Source: Octopus vulgaris
Lineage: Eukaryota
Direction: 5' to 3'
Assembly: GCA_951406725.2 (NCBI GenBank)
Contig: OX597825.1
Span: forward strand, 61,380,001-61,444,000
Length of the DNA stretch: 64,000 bases
In this document: positions 1-12,009 of the stretch, one piece after another
How the letters are laid out: each line of letters starts with the position of its first letter
Position numbering within the stretch: the stretch's first letter is position 1
Translations under genes and position numbers: made by a program
Notes under the pieces: model-generated
Database searches by the model: none
What the model was told of the DNA's origin: nothing
Seen by the model: only the letters and a program-made list of their open reading frames with translations

Positions 1-714
1 TTCATGATGTTGCAGTCCTCTCAGCTGTAGAAATGAGTTTAGCCTGAAGAGGGGTGGACCCCACCAGGCTTTCTCATCCAAGATATGCTGCAAAGCTGCA
101 GCACTCCAACGACTCCCAACTTGTCCATTGTCCATAAATGTCAATTATATTTTTCCATAAATGGTTAAATTTGAGAGAAATTTAAACAAAACTAATACAG
201 TAATATTACATTAAACATTTTAGCTCTGTCAGAATGTAACTAAAAAAATGTCTTCAAAAACGAAATACTTTCAATGTTTCTGAGGTTATTTCCTGGTTTA
301 TGTGGTTTCCATTGCATTTACTAAATAGAAGACACTTTATATTTATTTCTCGGAGAGTGCTTGACAAGATTTTAAATTGCAGCTGTAATATGTTAAACTC
401 TTACATAAAACAGTTATATATTTTTGGAATCTTTACAAGTTGTTTCTCTTCTATAGTCTGTCTGAACTTGCAAATGAGGAAGCTTTTAATGGCTATTCAA
501 TCCGCAAAAATTAGCAGCCACATCACCCTCTTATCGCATTCAACAATCTTAAAAGTAAAAAGAAATGTCACATTGGGTGTAGGAATGGCTGCATGATTAA
601 GAATTTTGTTTTTCAGATATGTGCAACTTGTCTACCACGATAACCCTAGGCTGATGGAAGACTTGTAAGTGGATTTGGTAGATAGAAGCTGAAAGAAGCC
701 TATTGAATGCATGT

Positions 715-960
715 GGAGGTGCATGTCTTAGTGGTTAAGGTGTTTGGCTCATGATCGTAAGATTGTGATTTCGATACCTGGTCTGGGTGATACATTGTAA
801 TCTTGAGCAAAACACTTCCTTTCATGTTACTCCAGTCCACTCAGCTGGCAAAAATGAGTGATCTTTTGACAGACCAGTGTCCCATCCAGGTGGAAAATTT
901 GTAAGCTATGGAAACTGGCAAACCGGCTCTTGTGAGTCCGTCAAGAAGGAAACTTTATCT
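715..960 (+). mobile_element. tRNA-derived SINE (decayed)
   Basis: A-box-like 'tcttagtggtt' and B-box-like 'atttcgatacc', then the core 'cttgagcaaaacacttcctttcatgttactccagtccactcagctg'. The core is shared with 23323-23470 and 1-40. Confidence 0.6.
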
Positions 961-1031
961 TTACCAACCTCTCTCTTTACCTATTGTGCCTGTGTGTATG
1001 AGTATGTGTGTGAATGCACACACACACACAT

Positions 1032-1200
1032 CTCTTATATAAAATCCATTCTGTCTGTCTGTCTGTCTTCTTGGATCTTGGACATCCTCCATCCGATTGT
1101 GCTCAAATTTGATATGTAGATACTGACGGTATCAGGGCGTGTATAAATCATAAGAAACTTACAAAAATCGATTCCAGGTGAGAATGCGATCGATAAAGCT
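1032..1200 (+). mobile_element. Non-autonomous Helitron-like 5' fragment
   Basis: Starts 'TCttatataaaa', followed by a (ctgt)n tract and 'ccgattgtgctcaaatttg'. The architecture matches the Helitron-like 5' ends at 18898 and 19293. Confidence 0.45.
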
Positions 1201-1744
1201 GTTTTTGTTCTGATTTTCTTCTGTCAACCTGTTCATAACTGCACCTTCCATTTTTTGTTGTTTTTGTACTGCTTAAATGCACGTTTCTTTCCTGCCAAGC
1301 TTACTGTTTAAACCATGTTTGTGTTCTTCCAGTCAACAGCCTTATCATTACTGGTAATTTAAACTCTTCGGTTGCATATTTGTGTGAATAAAATCGTTTT
1401 TCTTTGGAATAGAAAAAAAGTCTATCTTTATTTCTTCTTTTGCTGGTGTACTGACACCCTGCTGTCAGTCTCCCTTCCTCACTTCCTGGTCAACCTTCAT
1501 GTTCAGTCTCCCTTCCTCACTTCCTGGTCAACCTATGTGCCCCACTGTTTTGTACCCTCTTTCCCTCTCTCATTTTCGTCCCTTATTCAAGATGTTGCAT
1601 TGGATTGAGGAAATTGTGGTTCAAATGAATTGAATAAACTATGTATAAAGTTTTATGCCACCTGGCAGGTGTTTGTGCAGATCTTCTTTTCAGGTGCTGA
1701 CAAAAGGCTCACAATAACTACCTTTCCACTCTCACTCCCAAGTA

Positions 1745-2230
1745 CACAATTTCAGGACAGCTACCATTAACGTGGGCACAATGAAAGGTCTGGTGACATT
1801 ATTAAAACGATGGAGTATACCTATGTTGATGTGTGTGGCATGCAAGAAGTGAGATGGAAGGAAGCCTCTGCAAGATTCCTCACAGGTAACAATCAGAACT
1901 TCAAATTCTTCTGGATAGGCAGAAGTGATGGAGTGGCTCATGTAGGCATACTCTTAGCAGAATGTGGATGGATAAGGTGACTGAGGTAGTCAGAGTATGC
2001 AATAGTCTTATTAAGTTAAGACTTATCATAGATAAATTAACAGTTACATGTATCTCTGCCTATACTCCACAGGCTGGGCTGACTGATGACCAGACGGACC
2101 AATTCTATGCGGTCCTTCTGCAGAGAACTTCAATGATAAATGACAGAGACTTGGTTATTGTGGCTGGTGACTTTGAACAAGTCGGGCAGCATTCTCATGG
2201 ATTCTGATGTGTGCATGGTGATTATTGCAG
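1745..2230 (+). pseudogene. RTE-clade LINE AP-endonuclease fragment (frameshifted)
   Basis: Translation across frameshifts gives ATINVGTM..., CGMQEVRWK..., VGILLAE, CISAYTPQAG and VIVAGDF. These are APE motifs typical of RTE ORFs. Confidence 0.85.
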
Positions 2231-2334
2231 CAGTCCTTCAGTTTTTCCTAAACCCTGTAAAAGAACACAGAATGTTGGGTCTCCAACCAGACCTTTCGTG
2301 ATAACCTTAAAGCTAGGAACTTTTCAGCACCTCT

Positions 2335-2392
<58 letters not shown>

Positions 2393-2526
2393 CATATACA
2401 CACACACACATAAATATATTATATATATATAAAGATACATACATGTATATACATACATATAAATATGTGTGTGTACATATATATATATATGAATATAAAG
2501 TAGTCTTCTGTTTTTCTGTAAATTTC

Positions 2527-2625
<99 letters not shown>

Positions 2626-2672
2626 ATAATTTATATGTATGTATATATGTGTATATATATTTATGTATATAT

Positions 2673-3300
2673 TTTGAACATTGGGCCTCATCGAGGCAAT
2701 GACAACTGATCGAGATCTTTGGAGATATACTGTGCTTGAGAAGACCTGGCAAGCCAAGTGAGACCATAACCATGGCCTATACCAGTGCTGTATAACCAGC
2801 CCATTTAAGAGTACTCTTCAGTCATTGGACAATAAACTATACTTGTGAAGACCTGCTGAAACTAGTGAAATCACTGTCATGGCTAATGACAGTACTGATT
2901 GATTGGTACCCATGCCAGTGGAACATGAGAAGCATCATTTGAGTGTGATCATTGCCAGGGCCACTGACTGGCTCCCGTGCTGGTGGCACATAAAAAGCAC
3001 CATTTGAATGTGGTCATTGCCAATGCCACCAGACTGGCTCCTGTGCAGGTGGCATGTAAAAAGCACCATTATAGCATGGCCGATGCCAGTACCACCTGAC
3101 TGGCCCTCATGCCAGTGGCATGTAAAAGCATCCACTACACACTCAGAGTGGTTTGCATTAGGAAGGGCATCCAGCTGTAGAAACTTTACCAGATCAGATT
3201 GGAGACTAGTGCAGCCTCTTGGCTTGCCAGCCCTCGGTCAAATCATCCAACCCATACCAGCATGGAAAGCAGACGTTAAACGATGATGATGATGAGGATG

Positions 3301-3301
<1 letters not shown>
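2673..3301 (+). mobile_element. RTE LINE 3' end: ORF C-terminus, 3'UTR with internal repeats, (GAT)n tail
   Basis: Homologous to 61760-62360 on the minus strand, which is contiguous with an RTE RT. It has repeated 'gtggca..taaaaagcacc' units and ends 'cgttaaacgatgatgat'. Confidence 0.8.
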
Positions 3302-3357
<56 letters not shown>

Positions 3358-3391
3358 CACATAAATATCTATGTAGGTATGTATATATAGA

Positions 3392-3621
3392 TTGGCATAT
3401 TTCGGTCATGTTATGCGGAGAAAATCCCTGGAGAAGAACATCATGCTCGGAATGGTCAGTGGCACGGGAGGAAGAGGCTGACCAAAACCCGCTGGCTTGA
3501 CATCATCAAGAGTGATACCGGAATGGACATAGCCAATCTAAAAGAAGCGGCCCAGGATAGAACTGATTGGAGGACACTGATCCAACGAGTAACCGAGAGT
3601 CGACTTCGACTGACTGGATAA
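3392..3621 (+). pseudogene. BovB-like RTE LINE C-terminal fragment
   Basis: Translates (one frameshift) as LAYFGHVMRRKSLEKNIMLGMVSG..RG*PKTRWLDIIKSDTGMDIANLKEAAQDRTDWRTLIQRVTESRLRLTG*. This matches the BovB C-terminal pattern YFGHLMRR..SLEK.LMLG...RWLD...DR..WR. Confidence 0.85.
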
Positions 3622-4304
3622 GGGGGGAGGTATGTATATAATGCCTAAAATTAGTGAAATTGTAATAGTTTAATATTTTGGAGAAAGCCAACTTGTGACT
3701 GTTTACTATTGATTTGTACAAGGAGATGACAACCTGGATATTATCATAAAATGAAGAAATAAGAATTGTGATGTTTATGCCTTTCCCAGTGATATTAGCA
3801 GTGTAAATATAAAAGAGTTCTAAATTCAAAGTATGCACAGAGTTTTCCAAAAATTCTCTTCAACTTGCCAAAATATTTCTGTCAGATATATACAGATTAT
3901 ATAATTTTTTTTTTATTTCCAATAAAATGTAACCTGACACAAAAGTATTATTGGAACATCACACAGGATTTTTACATCATAAAACTAAATAAGTAAAATT
4001 AGATATGAGGTGATACTAGAAATATCTTTAAACATATCCAACACATTGAGGAAACCACAACAACAACAACAGCAACAAAAGAATGTATGTTACAGATTAT
4101 GTTAAAATCATAGTCTAGAATTTATCCTCTAGAGTGCACTATGATGTCTAGTGAAAAAGTTCAACAGAAAATACATATAGATATAATGCTGACACATCAC
4201 CTCTCTGGACATTTTCACGTACACTGACATTGTTGCATGTAAGTAAATTTACATATATATGTAAGTGTATATACACACACATGCACACACACACACACAT
4301 ATAT

Positions 4305-4360
<56 letters not shown>

Positions 4361-4478
4361 TATGTATGTATACACTTACATATAGATATGTGCATGTGTA
4401 CACTTATATATATATATATATAAATATATATATGTTTGTGTGTGAAAATATGTAGAAAGATGACATGTTAGCTATCTT

Positions 4479-4526
<48 letters not shown>

Positions 4527-4529
<3 letters not shown>

Positions 4530-4677
4530 GAGATAGGGGTTGAAAATTCAACCCACCATGGGATAACATATATCCAATATACTGCTATGTAATGGTGTAA
4601 TAAAGTATTGATTGCGTATCATCTGATGGTTGATGTTTGATTGATTTAAGTATGTTTCTCCATTTTCTAATTTTGTA

Positions 4678-4678
<1 letters not shown>
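4527..4678. mobile_element. Short rearranged PLE 3'-end relic in a TA tract
   Basis: 4528-4590 is an inverted homolog of about 41500-41560. 4598-4670 is a direct homolog of about 41318-41385. Both are parts of the large PLE-derived fold-back element. Confidence 0.6.
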
Positions 4679-4723
<45 letters not shown>

Positions 4724-4838
4724 GTATATATATATGTATATATGTATGTATGTATGTATGTATATATATGTATATATATATATATGTATATATGTATGTA
4801 TATATATATGTATATATGTATGTATGTAGGTATATATA

Positions 4839-4908
<70 letters not shown>

Positions 4909-5374
4909 TGTATGAATGCATAGAAGACACAAAAATCATAATTTAAACATCTATGTTTCCATATGCTCATGTGTCAAACAGAGTTTATTGAAGTTGGTTT
5001 GCTATAGCCAGATGCCATTCTTGTCACCAGCTCTCTCCTGTTTTTGCAAATAAAGTGATATTTCTTTTGGCCAGACATGCTTTCATGGAAGACATCAAAT
5101 GAAGGACACCCATTGCATGATGGTGGCTCACATTTACAACTATTGCATGATAGGAAGACTAGGAAATACTAAGAAAAACTCACATAGATATGCAAATATG
5201 GATAAACATATGACAAGCTTCTTTTAGTTTTCATAGACCAAATCTACTGGTAGGGTTGGAATTAGTTTAACTGCTGCCAAAGGTACCACAGTGAGACTGA
5301 AACTGAATCCAAGTGGTTAGAAAGCAAACTTTTATACCCATAGTCTATTATACACACACACACACACATAAATA

Positions 5375-5586
5375 CACAGTGGCCCAAAAGTAGGTTCACA
5401 GTTATCCCATAAGTACTTCAAATTTCTTTCAAAATATTATATTACATTTTAATGTTTTTTTTACAATTAACTAAATTAGCATAGAATAATGGTTTCATAT
5501 TTTTTTATAATTAAAATCTAAATTGTTAATATATGAATGTGAAAGCGATAGTTGAATAACTGTAAACCTACTTTTGGGTCACCCTG
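5375..5586. mobile_element. Tc1/mariner-type MITE (212 bp)
   Basis: About 31-bp TIRs (cacagtggcccaaaagtaggttcacagttat / ataactgtaaacctacttttgggtcaccctg), with TA flanking both sides. Confidence 0.85.
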
Positions 5587-5969
5587 TATTCATTAAAAAT
5601 GCACTAAGTAGTGTGGATGATGAAATATAGTCATGTACAATCACCTTGGACATGGAAAAAAGCCATACATTGCATGAACTGTCTAGAAAGAAGAAATCCT
5701 CCTAATAAATGATATAAGCATCATCAGGTATGTATACATAGCCATTGTTCATGGTCACTGAAATTTGGTCACTCTTGTATGAGATCAGCTAAAGGTACAT
5801 TTACCGATGTGTGAAAAACTTGCTCAAGCTGGAATAAATTAATTAGGGGCACAGTTTATTCATGCACAAATAGACAAACACACACATGGCCATGGCCTTA
5901 GGGCTGAAACATATAAAAAAATAAAAGAATATATATATATAGTAAGCGTAGGTCGCATACAAGTGGGTT

Positions 5970-6456
5970 TATATTTATAAAAAAGAAGTTTGAAAATGCC
6001 ACTATATACGATAAATTTGAATTTTCTGAGAGATTTTACGTGTTTCGGCTCTTCTTGAAAAAAAAACAAACCTTATCAAAAATATATATATTTTAAAAGT
6101 TATGTAATAAAAAAGTTCATAATAGTTTTTTACTAGTCTCAACAGAGTCCATGTGGTGGTGTTTTGTGTGGGGTAGCATAATGGCTGTCTTGTGCATTGT
6201 CTAGAATTGTTGGCTGTAATAGTGAGCCAACGATTCTAGTCAACCCACAAAACAGCCATTATGTTCCCACACACAAAGCACCACCACATGGACTCTGTTG
6301 AGACTAGTAAGAAACAATTATGAATTTTTTTATTACACTTAACTTTTAAAAATATTTTTGATATGGTTCGTTTTTTCAAGGAGAATCAAAACATAAAATC
6401 TCTCAGAAAATTAAAATTTATCTTATATAGTGACGTTTTCAAACTTCTTTTTATAA

Positions 6457-6461
<5 letters not shown>
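5970..6461. mobile_element. Fold-back element with ~245-bp diverged inverted arms, probably PLE-derived
   Basis: Arms at 5970-6215 and 6225-6461 with a 9-bp spacer, inserted in a TA tract. An HHR-like motif lies at 6034-6061 (-). Confidence 0.7.
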
Positions 6462-6515
<54 letters not shown>

Positions 6516-6625
6516 CACACATACACATATATATCTATATATACATAGTAGTACTTCACTTTACAAGGACCTGCTTTATGAGACTCTGGGTTTGTGAGTT
6601 TTATTTCGTAATAAATATAAAATGT

Positions 6626-6843
6626 GCATTATTTACATTATTTACATTTGGTGGATATTTGTCCTCATCTTTGTTGTTAATATGTTTCAGCAGATATACC
6701 CTCCAGCCTTCAAGGATGAAGGCTGGAGGGTATTTCAACCGAAATGTTGTGTTAACAAGAAAAAAAAAGGAGGACAAATATCCATCAAATGTAAATAATC
6801 TAAATAATGCACGTAATTCCTCATTTCTTAAATATAGAACTGT
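6626..6843. mobile_element. Fold-back PLE-derived element (family F1), centrally deleted, with 12-bp TSD
   Basis: Inverted arms contain 'gatataccctccagccttca' / 'tgaaggctggagggtat'. The direct repeat aatataaaatgt lies at 6614-6625 and 6844-6855. The 3' terminus is 'aaatatagaactgt'. Confidence 0.85.
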
Positions 6844-7329
6844 AATATAAAATGTTGCAAAAATTTCTACCCGCCATAACATATGCTTCTGCATGTTACC
6901 GAGAAATTTTTAGACAGTGAAAAAAGACTTTTTTAAGCAAACAACTCTAGACTTGTCTTTTAGAAAGAAATCTACAAGTCTGTCTACAAGTGTTTGTGAA
7001 TTGGGGATGACATCTACAAGTGAAGGTGTGCATGTGTCTAGAGCAAGTGAAAGTGATCTGAAAAACGATTATATTGAAAATACTTTTTATAATAAATGAT
7101 TTTGACATTCTTTTTACTTTACGTAAAATATTCTTTACATTCTACTGTTGTTTTATTACCATTTATTTATGAGTATTATAAATTTTATAGGTAAAATATT
7201 TTTCTGGAAACAATTACAATTTATAACATTGCTACTTTGGGGAACAATTGCCATGCTTCATGAGTTATTGCTTTAAGAGTGATCCCTGGGAATAAATTAA
7301 CTTATATATTGAGACATGTATATATTCTG

Positions 7330-7683
7330 TTATTCTTTTACTTGTTTCAGTCATTTGAATGTCGCCATGCTGGAGCACCGCATTTAGTCGAGCAAATTGA
7401 CCCCAGAACTTCTTCATTGTAAGCCTAGTACTTATTCTATTGGTTTATTTTGCAGAACCGCACAGTTACGGGGATGTAAACACACTGGCATCAGTTGTCA
7501 AGCGATGTTGGGGCATGCACACACACACACACAAACACACCAACTAATACACACACATACATACATACATATATATATTTTTTTTTCAGGCATTCAGTCC
7601 TCGTGCCGGTAGCACATAAAAAGCACTACATTCTTTGAATTGTTGGCATTAAGAAGGGCATCCAGCTGTAGAAACTTTGCCAG

Positions 7684-7729
<46 letters not shown>

Positions 7730-7892
7730 CGATGGGCTTCTTTCAGTTTCTGTCTACTAAATCCATTTACAAGGATTTTGTTAGCACGAGGCTATAATAG
7801 AAGACACTTGCCCAAGGTGCCATGCAGTGGGACTGAACTCGGAACCATGTGGTTGATAAGCAAGCTACTTACCACACAGCCACTCCTGCACT
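7330..7892 (-). mobile_element. tRNA-derived SINE (family A) with nested insertion
   Basis: Reverse-complement match to the full copy at 13456-13874, interrupted at about 7580-7686 by an RTE-tail fragment. Confidence 0.8.
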
Positions 7893-7910
7893 GCATATAT
7901 ATCTAAGCAC

Positions 7911-8302
7911 ATGTGAATTGAAGGCAATTTTTTCCTCCATCTTCCTCTCCTATTGCACCTTCCTCTGTTTCTGAAGAAGAGCTTTGCTCAAAACATAAAA
8001 CCATCTTTCTTTCCTTCCCTGAGTGTCTGCTAGTACTTTACATGTATCACGACCTTGTGTTTTTGTTTTCTGAGTTTGTTCTTCATTTTTTGGGGCATTT
8101 AGCCCTCGTGCCAGTGGAACATAAAAAGCAACCACTACACTCCTGGAGTGGTTGGTGTTAGGAAGGGCATCCACCTGTAGAAACCTTGCCAGATCAGATT
8201 GGAGCATGTTGCAGCCTTCTGGCTTACCAGCCCTCAGTCAAACCGTCTAACCCATGCCAGCATAGAAAGTGGATGTTAAACGATGACGACGATGATAATG
8301 AT
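7911..8302 (+). mobile_element. Chimeric element: HHR-bearing head plus RTE 3' tail, copy 1
   Basis: HHR motif at 7967-8001, junction 'ggcatttagccctcgtg', then the RTE 3'UTR ending in a (GAT)-like tail. Confidence 0.7.
7967..8001 (+). ncRNA. Minimal type I hammerhead ribozyme (CpG-decayed)
   Basis: gttt CTGAAGA a-gagc-ttt-gctc AAAA cat a aaac. Stem I is gttt/aaac and stem II is gagc/gctc. The inferred GAAACGT has decayed to AAAACAT. Confidence 0.65.
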
Positions 8303-8523
8303 ATATATATAGATATATGAACACTCTATATACCTAATATATATAGTATCTTCTTTCTTGAAAGATTTTAGTCAAATTAGTCAAACCTAGTACTTTTGCA
8401 AGTTTAGTAACTATTCTATCACTCTTTTTTGCTCAGTCAAGATTACTGGCATGTAAACAAACATTAGATATGGCAGGGGATAAACGCACACACACATACA
8501 CAGACACACACAGACACACACAG

Positions 8524-8554
<31 letters not shown>

Positions 8555-8722
8555 TCCCCCAACACACATACAACAAGCTTCTTTCAGTTTCCACCACCGA
8601 AATATGCTCTCAAGGTTTTAATTGTCCAATGTACCATGCAGTTGCAATGGGACTGAATTGAGAAATCTGTGGTTGGGAATCAACCTTCTTACCACACACC
8701 CATGCCTGCACTTATCATATAT

Positions 8723-9072
8723 AACGTCCACTTTCCATGCTGGCATGGGTTGGAAGGTTTAACTGAGGGCTGGCTCCAATCTGATCTGGCAAAGTTTCTA
8801 CAGCTGGATGACCTTCCTAACAGCAACCGCTCAAATAGTGTAGAAGGTGCTTTTTATGTGCCACCGACACGAGGGCTAAATGCCTGAAAAAAGCAGAACA
8901 AATACAAAAAACAAAAACACAAGGTCGTGATACATGTAAAGTATTAGCAGACACACAGGGAAGGAAAGAAAGGTGGTTTCATGTTTCGAGCAAAGCTCTT
9001 CTTCAGAAACAGAAGGTGCAATAGGAAAGGAAGACGGAGGAAAAAAATTGCCAATAATCTGTTCAGTTCACA
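8723..9072 (-). mobile_element. Chimeric HHR head plus RTE tail element, copy 2 (inverted relative to copy 1)
   Basis: The reverse complement aligns along its length with 7911-8280 and has the same junction. Confidence 0.7.
8976..9010 (-). ncRNA. Minimal type I hammerhead ribozyme (degenerate cleavage site)
   Basis: Minus strand reads gttt CTGAAGA agagctttgctc GAAA cat g aaac. Confidence 0.65.
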
Positions 9073-9571
9073 ATTTTGTCAAGAACTATTTTATATCAGG
9101 ATTCTCTTCCTGCCAACCACGACTGCCAGTAGGTGTACTAAGTATATCATACTAGAAATTCACAATGCCATACCAAAACATTATCACTCATACAATAATA
9201 AAACAGTCAGATGTAGTCCTTAATTTTCAACATTGTCCCCTTGAGCCACAAGACAATATAAGTATTTTTGTTTCCACTCAGGTTACTTTGTCATGATGCT
9301 ACTTTCCAAATATTACCATCAAGAGAGCAAAGTATAGAGCGCTAATGCACTGCTTCAAGGCTCTTAATCTTCCAATCAGCAACATGGAATTTGTAATATG
9401 TTATTATCCTCCTCTAGAGACTGCTGTAATGTCTCGTACAGAGAATGCATATCTGTATATAGTTCTGTATATATATATATATATGTATGTATACATACAT
9501 ATCTTCATCAATATATGTATGAGTTTGTGTGTATGTATGCATGTATGTATGTGTGCATGTATGTTTGCATG

Positions 9572-9604
<33 letters not shown>

Positions 9605-9691
9605 ATATTTATATATGTGTGTGTGTGTGTGTATATTTATATATATGTGTGTGTGTATGTATATATATATAACATCGAATGTGTATATATA

Positions 9692-9741
<50 letters not shown>

Positions 9742-9747
9742 CATTCG

Positions 9748-9828
<81 letters not shown>

Positions 9829-9863
9829 TATATATATACACATTCGATGTTATATATATATAC

Positions 9864-9930
<67 letters not shown>

Positions 9931-10845
9931 GTATGTATGTATGCATGTATATGCTACTTGTGTCTGTAATTTTCTTTTTTCTGCATGTATCATCATCAAT
10001 TTAAAATTCTTACCTTTTCTTGCATGGTTATATATGCATACGTGTACATTACTTACAAACACACAAACACACTCACACACACACACACACAGAGGCAAAT
10101 ACACAATCACTCATACATATACTCAAACATGCACCCACATATACACATACAAATATGCACACGCATACACACACACACACATACACACTGATATATACAC
10201 CAATCAGCAATATTGAAATTTGACAAATCTATCCTACCCATGCTTGCAAGGATTAATGGATGCAGAAACCAAGAAAAAGAAAGTAAGTTTATTTCTCAAC
10301 TACTACCTTATAATGTCTGCTTAGATTTAATATAACAGCATGTAAAAGGAAAAAGAAAAAGAAAAAGAAAGAACCATGACTGTATAGAAAAAAAATAAGA
10401 TGCAATAAAAGATCGGAAAATGCACATTTTATTTGCTCTGCTGATTATTATGTTAGTAAATGCTATCAATGCTCTGTAAACATTGTGTAAACTCACAGCA
10501 TTACTTCTAAGTTACACTGAGTGCAAGGTCACTCTTAAATCATTATGTTTCAAAGTGAACGTCTTGGTTGTGATGCTTAGAAAGAGATATTAAAATTGGT
10601 TTCTTGATGGACGTGATGTAAGGATGGGTAAAAAAAAAAATAATAATAAAATAATAAAACAGGAAAAAAAAACAACAAAAGCTTGTCCTTAAACAGGCGC
10701 TCATATTTTCGTGTTGTAGTTCAATCAAGTGGTACCAAATGTGTGTATGGTGTGTGTGTGTATATATATATATTTATGTATATGTATATATACACACACA
10801 TATGTATGCATATATATGTTTGTGCGTATATATATATATATTTCG

Positions 10846-10884
<39 letters not shown>

Positions 10885-10907
10885 GTGTATATATATATGT
10901 TTGTGTG

Positions 10908-10937
<30 letters not shown>

Positions 10938-10938
<1 letters not shown>

Positions 10939-11128
10939 CATCATCATCATCGTTTAACGTCCGTTTTCCGCGCTAGCACGGGTTGGACAGTTTGACCGGG
11001 TCTGGGAAGCCAGGGCCGCTCCAGGCTCCAGTCTGAATCTGGCAGAGTTTCTACGGCTGGATGCCCTTCCTAACGCCAACCACTCCGTGAGTGGATTGGG
11101 TGCTTTTTACGTGCCACCTGCACAGGGA
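10938..11128 (-). mobile_element. RTE 3' tail / RTE-tailed short element
   Basis: (CAT)n followed by 'cgtttaacgtccgttttcc...ctggatgcccttcctaacgccaaccac', the same tail as 3140-3300 and 41980-42305. Confidence 0.75.
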
Positions 11129-11277
11129 TATATATATATATATATATTTTATATATATGTAATTACTTGGAATTCTGGTATGTATCTATTAGTATGTTGA
11201 TTAAAGCACATTCACCATGTGGGCTGATGTCATCACAGCAATGATATAATTTTCACTGGATTAACAGCAGATATATA

Positions 11278-12009
11278 CAGGGTTTGGACAAAATAATGGA
11301 AGCACCTTAAAATTTCAAACAAATTTATTTTAGTATGGAGTAGGACCGCCTTTTGCAGCAGTAATTCTACAAGGTATGGACTCGTACAAAGTTTGAATTG
11401 TTTCCAAAATAATTTTTGTCCATTCTTCTGCTAAAACAGTTTCCAGTTCTTGTAGTGATGTTGGTACAGGATATCAACTCCTTACTTGTTTTTCTAAAAT
11501 GCGCCATAAATGTTCAATAATATTGAGATCTGATGGCTGTGGTGGCCAGATAAGATGTTCAACTTCACTAGAATGTCCCTTGTGCCATTCAGTAACACCT
11601 TTAGCTGTGTGAATCGGTGCATTATCATCCTGAAAGATTGCATTTTCCTCCAGAAACAGTTCCACAACCATAGGATGAATTTGATCTGATAAAATGCTTA
11701 ATAGTCTTCACTATTAATTCTGCCATGAAGGGAAACCATTGGGTCATCAGATTTCCAAGAAATAGCCACCCCTAGATCATCACAAATATTCTTCAACGTT
11801 TAACAGTTAGCCAAATTACTCTTTTCTGATGATACCTGAAAAGAAAGAGCAATTTTAGCAAAACATATTAAGCAACACTAATAATAAATAAAAAAGATAT
11901 AAAAATAAACAAGTTTTTGAAAATTTTATAGATATTTCAAAATTATGATGCTATGATGCTAGGTGTTGGACAAAATAATGGAAACACCTAGCATCATAGC
12001 ATTATAATG
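11278..12009 (-). mobile_element. Tc1-like DNA transposon deletion derivative with transposase C-terminal fragment
   Basis: TA followed by TIR cagggtttggacaaaataatggaagcacct. The minus strand encodes FQDDNAPIHTAK...WPPQPSDLNIIEHLW (second D and E region of the Tc1 DDE domain). A TIR-derived sequence recurs at 11966-11990. Confidence 0.9.

Noticed and set aside
41-70. CTGAAGA inside a hairpin (agcctg...caggct); similar lone CTGANGA hits at 5721(-), 11826, 34937, 36549, 50982(-) and 58455
   Set aside because: There is no correctly placed GAAA/NUH with pairing stems I and III, so these are not hammerheads.
1466-1534. 32-bp direct repeat (tcagtctcccttcctcacttcctggtcaacct x2)
   Set aside because: It is an ordinary local tandem duplication with no further structure.
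2940-3140. Regularly spaced repeats resembling a CRISPR array
   Set aside because: They are degenerate internal repeats of the RTE 3'UTR, the spacers are themselves similar, the context is eukaryotic and there are no cas genes.
9345-10223. Long ORFs (219 and 272 aa) and the many similar [12 protein letters not shown] ORFs across the window
   Set aside because: They are read-through of (TA)n/(CA)n microsatellites, which lack stop codons. They are not genes.
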